DNA of 61,711 nucleotides from a virus (lineage: Duplodnaviria > Caudoviricetes): the IMG/VR virus record IMGVR_UViG_3300048836_000712, positions 1 through 61,711 of that record. One strand, given 5' to 3'. The position numbers and the translations under genes were made by a program. Shown piece by piece: positions 53,914 to 61,711 of the stretch. Each line of letters starts with the position of its first letter. Positions within the stretch are counted from its first letter, which is position 1. The notes under the pieces are model-generated. The model made no database searches. It had not been told where the DNA came from and saw only the letters and a list, made by a program, of their open reading frames with translations.

Positions 53914-55209
53914 TCATTTGCGTTCCGCCTTCCGCCCCGTGAATTTCTCCCAGCGCTGGACGATCACGTCGCAATAGGGTGGATCAAGCTCCATGAGGAA
54001 CGCCTTGCGGCTCGTCTGCTCGCAGGCGATAAGCGTCGAACCACTCCCGCCGAACAAGTCCAGAACGTTCTCGCCGATGCGCGATGAATACTGCATCGCT
54101 CGCACCGCCAGCTCGACGGGCTTCTCCGTGAGGTGGACCATCGACTGCGGATTGACCTTCTTCACATGCCAAAGGTCGGTCGCGTTGTTCGGGCCGTAGA
54201 ACTGATGCCCAGCGCCGAGCCGCCAACCGTAGAAGCAGATCTCGAACGCGCCCATGAAATCCTTGCGCGTGAGCACAGGATGCTGCTTGTCCCACACGAT
54301 GCCTTGGCTGAAGTACAGATCGTGCTTCTTCAGGAACGGTGGATAGTTCCCGAGGTTGGCGTACCCACCCCAGATATAGAAACCACGTCCGGCCTCCAGC
54401 ACGCGGGCCATGTTGCCGAACCAGGCATCGAGCAGTTCGTCGAATGCTTCATCGGTCACGAAGTCGTTTGCAAGCGGTCGATCCTTGGCTCGCATCTTCT
54501 TGTGGGTCGCCTTCGCTTTCTCCGGGTGGCGTTCCAGATCGAACTTCTGATGATGCTTGTTCGGGTTCGCAAAGCTGCTGTTGCCGGCGGCGATGGCATT
54601 GTTGCTGCGCGGCTCGACCTTCACGTTGTAGGGAGGGTCCGTGTTCACGAGTTGGATCGTCGCGCCGTCGAGCAACCGATCCACATCCGCTGGCTTCGAC
54701 GAGTCGCCGCATAGCAATCGGTGATCGCCGAGAATCCAGAGGTCGCCCGGTTGCGTGATTGCTTCGTCTGGCGGGGCTGGCACATCGTCGGGATCGGTGA
54801 GGCCTTCCTGCAAATCGCCGCCGAGCAGCTTGGCGAGCTCGTCCTGGTCGAATCCCAACAGGCCGAGGTCGTAATTGGCCGCTTGCAATTCACCAAGCTC
54901 GATCGGCAAGAGATCGTAATTCCAGTCCGCGAGCGATGCGGTCTGATTGTCCGCGATCCGATACGCCTTGATCTGCTCGGACGTGAGGTCCTTGGCGACA
55001 TGAACGGGAACCTTTTCCAGGCCCAGCTTCTGCGCCGCCTTGAAGCGGGTATGCCCGCAGATGATTACCCCCTCCGCATCGACGACGATGGGTTGACGGA
55101 ACCCGAACTCGCGCAGCGACGCCGCCACGGCATCGACCGCGTCGTCATTCACCCGCGGGTTGTTGGGATAGGGTTTGACCCGCGATACGGGCCAGAGATC
55201 GATCTTCAT
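53914..55209 (-). CDS. ParB-N fused N4/N6 DNA methyltransferase
   Basis: NNPRVND, GHTR, TDPPYNV, HLTEKP and DLFGGSGST. Confidence 0.92.
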   Translation of the reverse strand: MKIDLWPVSRVKPYPNNPRVNDDAVDAVAASLREFGFRQPIVVDAEGVIICGHTRFKAAQKLGLEKVPVHVAKDLTSEQIKAYRIADNQTASLADWNYDLLPIELGELQAANYDLGLLGFDQDELAKLLGGDLQEGLTDPDDVPAPPDEAITQPGDLWILGDHRLLCGDSSKPADVDRLLDGATIQLVNTDPPYNVKVEPRSNNAIAAGNSSFANPNKHHQKFDLERHPEKAKATHKKMRAKDRPLANDFVTDEAFDELLDAWFGNMARVLEAGRGFYIWGGYANLGNYPPFLKKHDLYFSQGIVWDKQHPVLTRKDFMGAFEICFYGWRLGAGHQFYGPNNATDLWHVKKVNPQSMVHLTEKPVELAVRAMQYSSRIGENVLDLFGGSGSTLIACEQTSRKAFLMELDPPYCDVIVQRWEKFTGRKAERK

Positions 55210-55322
55210 TGAGCGCACCTTTAGCACGGAGAAACGTGCTGGTGGCTCCGAGTAGCGGAGTGCGACCCCGGCAATCCAGGGCGGCGGACAGTGGGACCAG
55301 AAACCGACTGTCTCTAGATTAG

Positions 55323-56306
55323 TTATTGTGCAATCTGCTCGGTTTCCGATTCACCTTGTTGGCCTGTCGCGCTGTTCGCATCGATCAAGACAAATGTTGG
55401 AGCACCATATCCTGCAACATTGCGAACGGTCGTCGTCTGTAACGTAGCTATGCACGGTTTGTTCGTAAGTTGGTCAATTCGATCCAGATCATCCTCTGTA
55501 AGCGCATCCGCTACTGTTCCGGTGATTACTGTACCGTCATCTAGCCGCAGGTCGAAGTATCCCGATTCGCGGGTTACACCACGGAAGACGCCCGTGTAAG
55601 TGACTGTACTTTGTTCGATGTCTCGTTCGAGCCGTTCTGCCGTTCGAGTAACCTGATCCGATGTTAGGGTCTTTGATGGAGCATCATGGAACGCTAGACG
55701 AAGTTCAGCTTGATTCTCGGACAATATTCTCAAGAATTGCTTGAGTGGCTGCAGCACACGCGAGGGAATGGATCGGACGATTTCATCAAGAGTGTCTTCA
55801 TTTGCAGCGGAAATCCGAACAACCACGTCCGCCACATTGTGCAGTGTTTGTGCATGGACTCTGGAGACACCTGAGTCTTCAGTGGCAAGCGGTGAGAACT
55901 CTAGGCCGAACGAACCCCTCGGCGTTCCAGTAAAGAGAAGAGATGGCTTGGGAGCTCCTCGAGGTCGTCGTTGCCGTCCCGCTCGTCGTGCCTCCTCCCG
56001 CTCATCGTGCAACGCTTGTTCGACGAACATCTTTTCGTACTGAATCAGTGCTTCACCGGCTAAACTGGGGCGTATCCCGTGCGAGTCCTGGACACCAGCA
56101 CCTCTGAGGAAAATAGCAGCACGGGGAGACACCACCGCATCGAGCGGCAGTAGAGATCCCGATTCGTGTTGCATCGCCTGCATCTGCGCCTCGACTTCGT
56201 CGAGGCGTTCCTGAAGTTGAGGCGCAATTATTGGGTCGTCGCCAGCATCCTGAAGCATGCTTCGAAGCTGAATCGCTTGGACCTGCAAGAACGTCCAATC
56301 ACTCAT
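55323..56306 (-). CDS. Hypothetical cargo protein
   Basis: 327-aa ORF coupled to the upstream gene; lower GC. Confidence 0.65.
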   Translation of the reverse strand: MSDWTFLQVQAIQLRSMLQDAGDDPIIAPQLQERLDEVEAQMQAMQHESGSLLPLDAVVSPRAAIFLRGAGVQDSHGIRPSLAGEALIQYEKMFVEQALHDEREEARRAGRQRRPRGAPKPSLLFTGTPRGSFGLEFSPLATEDSGVSRVHAQTLHNVADVVVRISAANEDTLDEIVRSIPSRVLQPLKQFLRILSENQAELRLAFHDAPSKTLTSDQVTRTAERLERDIEQSTVTYTGVFRGVTRESGYFDLRLDDGTVITGTVADALTEDDLDRIDQLTNKPCIATLQTTTVRNVAGYGAPTFVLIDANSATGQQGESETEQIAQ

Positions 56307-56857
56307 GGGGCACCTCCCATAGCTCGACGGGCATCTGCGTCATCAGCTATGTCGAGCCTTACGAGGAGCATGCCTTTCCAAATTCTGTCCCTTCGGTGCG
56401 AAAACAACCCGCACCAGTAACGCGTCTGATCCACCACTCGGTCAGGTCTAGAACCGAGCGGAAGGTAGAAATGGTCGATCGAGTATTTTGCCTTTATGTC
56501 AGATCTCTTAAACAGTTCAGGGGTAGGCGCTAAAACACTGCTAAGTGCAATTGGGTCCGCGGGATTGGTTACAAACGAGACCACATCTACATCCTTCGGC
56601 TCCCGCCGCTCTTGGGCCTCGATATCCTCAACAAAGCTTCCGCTAAGCCATTGAAAGCCCTCGACGCCGAGACTGAGGATTCTTTCGCGAAAGTCCAGTA
56701 AGCCTGTCAGAATCTCCTTGCGCCGTAGTGAGGTTGGAAACCGCGTGCAAACCTCAACCATTGAACATGGATATGGAGAAAGGTCATTGGGATTCCTCGG
56801 ATCACCGATGTGTGGTGGTAAAACGTTCAAGATTGAGTCGAAGGGTGGAATCGGCAT
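56303..56857 (-). CDS. DUF6932-like nucleotidyltransferase-fold protein
   Basis: QWLSGSF...PKDVDVV...KGML. Confidence 0.7.
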   Translation of the reverse strand: MPIPPFDSILNVLPPHIGDPRNPNDLSPYPCSMVEVCTRFPTSLRRKEILTGLLDFRERILSLGVEGFQWLSGSFVEDIEAQERREPKDVDVVSFVTNPADPIALSSVLAPTPELFKRSDIKAKYSIDHFYLPLGSRPDRVVDQTRYWCGLFSHRRDRIWKGMLLVRLDIADDADARRAMGGAP

Positions 56858-56912
56858 GAACTCAATCTCGGCAGGCCACTTTCGGCTAAAGGACAAAGCG
56901 CGCACACAACTT

Positions 56913-57161
56913 CTATTTTAAACGATTCGGGGGGGCTGGAACAGGCATTTTGCAGTCGGCTTGGATGTCCTCAAAACGAGCGCCGCACGGCGCAAGGATC
57001 GCAATGCGGGCCTTTCTGCCTTTCCGTCCAACGAATCGCACCACTATTTTCACGCCTTGAGCAGACACGGTCCTCGCTTCTCCCTCTGCGAACCAGTCAA
57101 TCGAGGTCGAGATCGAGTCACTCCGTTCGACATGAACTCTGCTATCTGTCGGGTGGGCCAT
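56913..57161 (-). CDS. CsrA-like small protein
   Basis: GE...VKIVVRFVGRKGRKARIAILAP resembles the CsrA beta pattern. Confidence 0.4.
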   Translation of the reverse strand: MAHPTDSRVHVERSDSISTSIDWFAEGEARTVSAQGVKIVVRFVGRKGRKARIAILAPCGARFEDIQADCKMPVPAPPNRLK

Positions 57162-57430
57162 TGAACTACCTTGATGGTTCGGACATCGAAAACAAACTGT
57201 GTCTAGGATGGTGGCTGTTCCCGCGTGCCTCACCTGAGGATTCCCGCCGGGAAGGAACCATTGGCCGGCTGGCAGGTGGTCTTTCGGCGTGCCACTTTGG
57301 CAGACGCGACGTGTGGCCCACGGGCGGGACCGGCGGCGGGTTGGGGCGTTGATCGCCAATGGCCCGATGGACGCAACAGACGCGAACGTGGGCGACGTGT
57401 TGGCAACCGTTGGGGACGCTACTGCCGCAG

Positions 57431-57530
57431 ACTGTCGCGACAGTTCCTATTGCGCCCGAGGTTTCTCCCGCGTGCGCGCCCGTACATCCGCGCTTGGCAA
57501 TGGTTACTGTCGCGACAGTGCGCGACAGTA
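57431..57530. repeat. Repeated palindrome ACTGTCGCGACAGT downstream of the primase gene
   Basis: Copies at 57431 and 57506, plus a partial GCGACAGT near 57522. Confidence 0.7.
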
Positions 57531-57578
57531 GACCCGTCGAACGGGTTTCCCTGCTTGCCATGCTTCGCTGCTTTGTCA

Positions 57579-59909
57579 TCACCAGCCCCCTTTCAGCGCG
57601 ATGCCTTCGTAGAACGGTTGCTGTGCTGTTCCACGACGGCGCGTGATGCCGGCGATGGCGGCGGCGAGATCGCGGCCGAAGGTTTGCTTGGTCGTAACCG
57701 CTTGCCTGCCTTCGTCTTCGCACCAACGCTTCCAGGCGTCGTACAGCGAATCGACGCTCACGCGGTGCCCAGCGCCGACGATACAGGCGTCGCGCACGAA
57801 TGCGGAAACGGGGGAAGAGAGATCTTCAATCTCCTGCACCACGTCGCGGACGCTGGTCGGCATCACGAAGTGACTTCGCTCCCGCAGGCGTCGCCAACCT
57901 TCAATCGCCCAATTCAGGATGCCGGGGAGCTCGTTGAGCAGCCGTTCGGTTAGCCCGATGTCCTCCTTGCCGTAGAAGCTCTCGGTGAGGCGCAGGATCA
58001 CGAACCGCCCGGCCAATGCCCCGCTGGCGTCGTGGAGCCGCGGAAACTCGTTCGTAAGAAACATGAAGCGGGTGGGAAGCTTCATGGTCACGCTGGTCGT
58101 GTGCTTCCGGTCAACCGTGAGCGTGTCTTCGCCGCTGATGCAGAGTAGGCGTTCGACGACCGTGGCAATGTTCTCACCGTGAAAGCGGGCGTCGCTGACG
58201 ATGGCCAGCGTCTTGCCGATCAGCGGCTGAAGGCCGAATGGACCGGCCAGGCTCGATGTCGTCGGCCCGCTCACGTTGCCGTTGCCGATGAGGCGGGTCA
58301 GCACGCGAGCAATGGTGCCCTTGCCGCTGCGTTTGGGCCCGACCATCAGCATCATCTTCTGTTGCGACGTATCGCCGGTCAGGCAGTAGCCGAACCACTC
58401 TTGAAGTAGATCGAGCGACTCCGTATCGCCGTCGAAGAGCTGGTGAAGAAACTGGTGCCACGACGTTGGAGGCGGCGCTGCCGGATCGGGATCAAATTCG
58501 AGAGCGTTCACCGTGAAGAACTGCGGCGTCGCCGGGAAGTGCTTCATCGTGGGCAAGTGCAAGAGCGTCGAACGGCACGGCAAGATGTCGTTTGGCAACA
58601 GCGCGTGCGGCGCGTTACCCAGCCAGGATGGTGAACTCACCGTGGCAGGCAGATGCGTATATGCCCGGATCGATTCGAGCGCCGAATTGATCGTGCCGGC
58701 GTTCGACTCGTAATCGACGAGCTCAAGCTCCTCGGTGCGGCGGTTGAAGATGTAGCGGAGCGATTCGTGCAACCAGACCTGCAAACGCTTCTTAACCGCG
58801 TTGTCCTCGACCTCGCTGTAGCGGTTGTCGCGCCATTCCATGAGCAGACCGGCATAGCACTGAATCGCTCGCCCTTGGGGATGCAGGTGAAAGTCGCGGA
58901 CATACGCATCCGCCGTCGGCAGCGTCTTCTTGGGCGAGATCACGAGGCGTCCGGTGACCGGATCGCGTCCACCGAGAGCAATACAGCCTTCGGCGTCTAC
59001 CTCCAGCGCTTGCCCGCGCCGGCACTGGCCTTCGGCATCGCGAACGCGACGAATGATCTCGTCGTCGCCCCACGCTTTCGGAAAGGGCTTCTGGCGAGTG
59101 TATTCACAGATCGTCGCCAGAGCCGCAGCGTCGTCCAGGTCGTACTCGACCGCTCGGCAGGCGGCAACGAACAGACGATGCGACCCGTCGCGCTGGTCGG
59201 TGATTCGGATGCGGAGCATCGCCGCCAAACATCGAGTGGAACGGTCGGCCGGATCGACGTTGGTCGTAGCGGCCTGCGTTGCCTGCGGCTGGGCCTTGGT
59301 CCGCTTCTTCTTCTCTGGCGCAGGCTGCTTTTCGCCGAGCTCGACCTTCACGGCGTCCGCCAGGCGCTGCACGCATTCCAACAGATGGCCAGGTTCCACC
59401 GTGGCCGGCTGATGATCAGTTTGATCCCAGCAGATCGATTCGCCCGACTCGTGGGTGCTGGGCGGAAAGACGGTTTGCATCCCAGTTGAGCGGAACTCGA
59501 CGAGCATGCCGGCCGACTTGCTGCGGAACTTCTTCGTGGCAGCAGGCGCGGAGACCCGATATATCCAGTGCGAGCGGGGCTTGCCGGGGCGACCGAAGAT
59601 CGCTGGCGTGGCTGGCAAGAACTGCGGAGCCAATTCCACGGCCCGCATGTGATCGAGGTCCACGTCGATCAGCCACCCCGATGGCTCGCCGAGCAGCACG
59701 CCAATGTTCTGCGGATGGCCGTTGAAATGCTGGTCGAGCGCTTCGACCGTCAGCCGCATCTGCTCCCAGCCCTTGAAGCCGGGATTCTTGCTTTGATGCG
59801 GGATCGGGATCACAGACCAACCGTTCCGCGCATAGACCTCCGCTGCCGAACGAGTCGTCGTGCTTCCTGGGTCGATATGCTCCGAATCGGATTGACTCGC
59901 GTCTTCCAT
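57579..59909 (-). CDS. Bifunctional primase-polymerase plus P4/D5-type SF3 helicase
   Basis: NIGVLLG, DVDLD, QTVFPPSTH, GPKRSGKGT and FLTNEFP. Confidence 0.92.
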   Translation of the reverse strand: MEDASQSDSEHIDPGSTTTRSAAEVYARNGWSVIPIPHQSKNPGFKGWEQMRLTVEALDQHFNGHPQNIGVLLGEPSGWLIDVDLDHMRAVELAPQFLPATPAIFGRPGKPRSHWIYRVSAPAATKKFRSKSAGMLVEFRSTGMQTVFPPSTHESGESICWDQTDHQPATVEPGHLLECVQRLADAVKVELGEKQPAPEKKKRTKAQPQATQAATTNVDPADRSTRCLAAMLRIRITDQRDGSHRLFVAACRAVEYDLDDAAALATICEYTRQKPFPKAWGDDEIIRRVRDAEGQCRRGQALEVDAEGCIALGGRDPVTGRLVISPKKTLPTADAYVRDFHLHPQGRAIQCYAGLLMEWRDNRYSEVEDNAVKKRLQVWLHESLRYIFNRRTEELELVDYESNAGTINSALESIRAYTHLPATVSSPSWLGNAPHALLPNDILPCRSTLLHLPTMKHFPATPQFFTVNALEFDPDPAAPPPTSWHQFLHQLFDGDTESLDLLQEWFGYCLTGDTSQQKMMLMVGPKRSGKGTIARVLTRLIGNGNVSGPTTSSLAGPFGLQPLIGKTLAIVSDARFHGENIATVVERLLCISGEDTLTVDRKHTTSVTMKLPTRFMFLTNEFPRLHDASGALAGRFVILRLTESFYGKEDIGLTERLLNELPGILNWAIEGWRRLRERSHFVMPTSVRDVVQEIEDLSSPVSAFVRDACIVGAGHRVSVDSLYDAWKRWCEDEGRQAVTTKQTFGRDLAAAIAGITRRRGTAQQPFYEGIALKGGW

Positions 59910-60035
59910 GCGACACTGCTCCGCATAGCAGCAACCGATGAGGCCGGCGTCGTCGCGGGCCGTAACAACCACCTCGGTCGCGTGTCCTGTCAATCGAATC
60001 CTAGGGAGAAGTTGCAGCGGTGGAACACGGACAAG

Positions 60036-60154
60036 GAAACTCATATGCGCCGCATATGCGCGGGACATGCGCGGGAGATGCGCGAGAGATTAGGGACATG
60101 CGCCGCATATGAGTTTCGCCGCGCATGCGTTTGACCGGAGACGATGTCCGTAAT
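60036..60154. promoter_or_regulatory. Operator/iteron-like array between the divergent primase and LSR genes
   Basis: 14-bp inverted repeat GAAACTCATATGCG (60036/60104); three ATGCGCGRGAS tandem units; ATTASGGACAT pair at 60089/60144. Confidence 0.65.
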
Positions 60155-60232
60155 CGACGCGGAAAATGCCCACAGGAAAACGCGGTCGGGAACGCCCACA
60201 GTTCCCGGCCCACTGGATGGGAGAAAGTTTCC

Positions 60233-60484
60233 GTGCCGACATCGCGTAACTTGGCTGGATTTCCGGGCACGACTCGGCATCATGGACCCGAGCCCGGCTC
60301 GGTTGCCGCGAGGCCGCTGTCAACGCAGTGGCTCTCGGACGAACGGATCGCCGAGGCCCGCCGCGTCTGGTCCAAGGCTTATGGCCGCGTGATCAGCGAC
60401 GACGAGGCCATCGAGATACTGACGAACGTCCGCAGGCTCGCTGAAATCCTGTTGCGTGCCGAAGAGGAGAAACGAAGAACATGA
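60233..60484 (+). CDS. Small protein translationally coupled to the LSR
   Basis: WLSDERIAEARRVWSKAYGRVISDDEAIEIL; ATGA overlap with the LSR; start uncertain. Confidence 0.55.
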   Translation: MPTSRNLAGFPGTTRHHGPEPGSVAARPLSTQWLSDERIAEARRVWSKAYGRVISDDEAIEILTNVRRLAEILLRAEEEKRRT

Positions 60485-61711
60485 ACGTCGTCGTGTGGGC
60501 GCGGGTATCATCCCGCGAGCAGAAAGAAGGATATTCGTTAGATGCCCAGCTTCGCGTGAACCGCGAACGGGCGCAGGCCAACGGGTGGAACGTCGTCCGC
60601 GAGTTTGTCGTGGCCGAGTCGGCCAAGCGAGGGGCAGAGCGGATCGCGTTCAACCAGATGTTCGCCTGGGTGAAGGCGAATGCGAAGAAGGAAAAGATCA
60701 AGGCGATCCTGAGCCACAAGCTCGACCGCGTCTGCCGCAACATGCGAGACGCCGTCCGCCTTCAGGAACTCGAAGACGGTTGCGGCGTCCAATTGGCGTT
60801 CGTCGATAACCAGTTCGGCCCCGGTGCCGCTGGAGCATTGTCGTTCAACGTGATGGCGGCGGTCGCCCAGTACTACAGCGACAACCTGCGGTCGGAAGTG
60901 CTGAAGGGGATGGACGAGAAGGTGCGGCAGGGATGGCCGACGGGCCTCGCCCCCTACGGCTACATCAACGTCGAAGACAACGAGGAGCCGGTCAAGCCAC
61001 ACCCCGAGAAGTCGCGAACGCTGGTCCGCATTTTCAATCTCTACGCCACGGGCGGATATACCTTCAAGACGCTCGCCGACGTGCTGGAGCGCGAGGGCCA
61101 CGTCTTCCGCAACAGCCAGCACCGGTTCCACCGGACGGCGCTCTCGTACATCCTTGGTAACCGCTTCTATATCGGCGAATTGCATCGGAACGGGCAGGTC
61201 TTCGAGGGTCGCTACCAGCGCCTGATCGATCGGCCCACCTTCGATGCCTGCCAAGACGTTCTGCACGGTCGCAACCGCCGGACGGGAACGCCGGACCATC
61301 CGTTGGCGGGCGGCTTGCTTCGGTGCGCCTACTGCGGTCAGTCGATCACGGGGGAACGCATCCGCCGCAAGCTCAAAGGGGGCGGCGTCCGCGAACACAT
61401 TTATTACCGCTGCGCCAACAACCACCCTGGCCCCGACCACCCGACCGTCCGTTGGAAGTCGGAAGACCTCGAGCAGGCTATCGAGGCCGATTTGGCGAAG
61501 ATGCGGTTCGAACCCGAAGTGGCAGCGTGGTTCCGCAGCCACCTGAGCGACGCCATCACCGACCTAACCTCGCACCGACGGCGACAGGCCACGGCGCTGG
61601 CCAAGCGGAAGAGCGAACTGGCGACCATGCAGGACCGCCTCCTGAACGCCTACCTCGCGGGCACGGTCGAAGAGATCGTCTACAAGGCCAAGTCGAACGA
61701 GCTCAAGTCCG
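60481..61711 (+). CDS. Prophage large serine recombinase (3' truncated by the window)
   Basis: Translated by eye: MNVVVWARVSSREQKEGYSLDAQ...HKLDR...APYGY...CAYCG...YYRC. Confidence 0.92.
   Translation, partial: MNVVVWARVSSREQKEGYSLDAQLRVNRERAQANGWNVVREFVVAESAKRGAERIAFNQMFAWVKANAKKEKIKAILSHKLDRVCRNMRDAVRLQELEDGCGVQLAFVDNQFGPGAAGALSFNVMAAVAQYYSDNLRSEVLKGMDEKVRQGWPTGLAPYGYINVEDNEEPVKPHPEKSRTLVRIFNLYATGGYTFKTLADVLEREGHVFRNSQHRFHRTALSYILGNRFYIGELHRNGQVFEGRYQRLIDRPTFDACQDVLHGRNRRTGTPDHPLAGGLLRCAYCGQSITGERIRRKLKGGGVREHIYYRCANNHPGPDHPTVRWKSEDLEQAIEADLAKMRFEPEVAAWFRSHLSDAITDLTSHRRRQATALAKRKSELATMQDRLLNAYLAGTVEEIVYKAKSNELKS

Larger units (their letters stand above)
9147..61711. mobile_element. Siphovirus-like prophage/island, continuing past the right edge
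   Basis: Head/tail operon, split terL, primase-helicase and LSR. A shared motif at 9462-9539 and 60089-60154 links both ends. Confidence 0.75.

Overview
This GC-rich window, probably from a planctomycete (inferred from gene content), is almost entirely nested mobile DNA. (1) A truncated IS21 remnant at 1525-1879. (2) Element A (~1880-9149), a capsid-encoding island with a large serine recombinase (LSR) and strong CAG/CTG/GAG/CTC depletion. (3) A siphovirus-like prophage (~9147 to beyond the right edge). It carries a two-MTase type I R-M system, defence-like cargo, a glycosylation cluster beside a poly-Ser tail protein, head/tail genes, a ParB-methylase, a primase-helicase and an LSR. (4) Element B (40466-50875), a ~10.4 kb second capsid-encoding island inserted exactly in the Walker B codons of the prophage large terminase. 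The junctions share a GAC core, the rebuilt attP is symmetric, and the LSR is fused in frame to the terminase C-terminal half. A and B share a protease-capsid gene, the gene upstream of it, a small YLPT-motif gene and an LSR, but lack portal, terminase and tail genes. They look like a family of capsid-only phage satellites, one of which may gate its helper's packaging motor by excision. All calls come from reading motifs by eye; no database searches were run.
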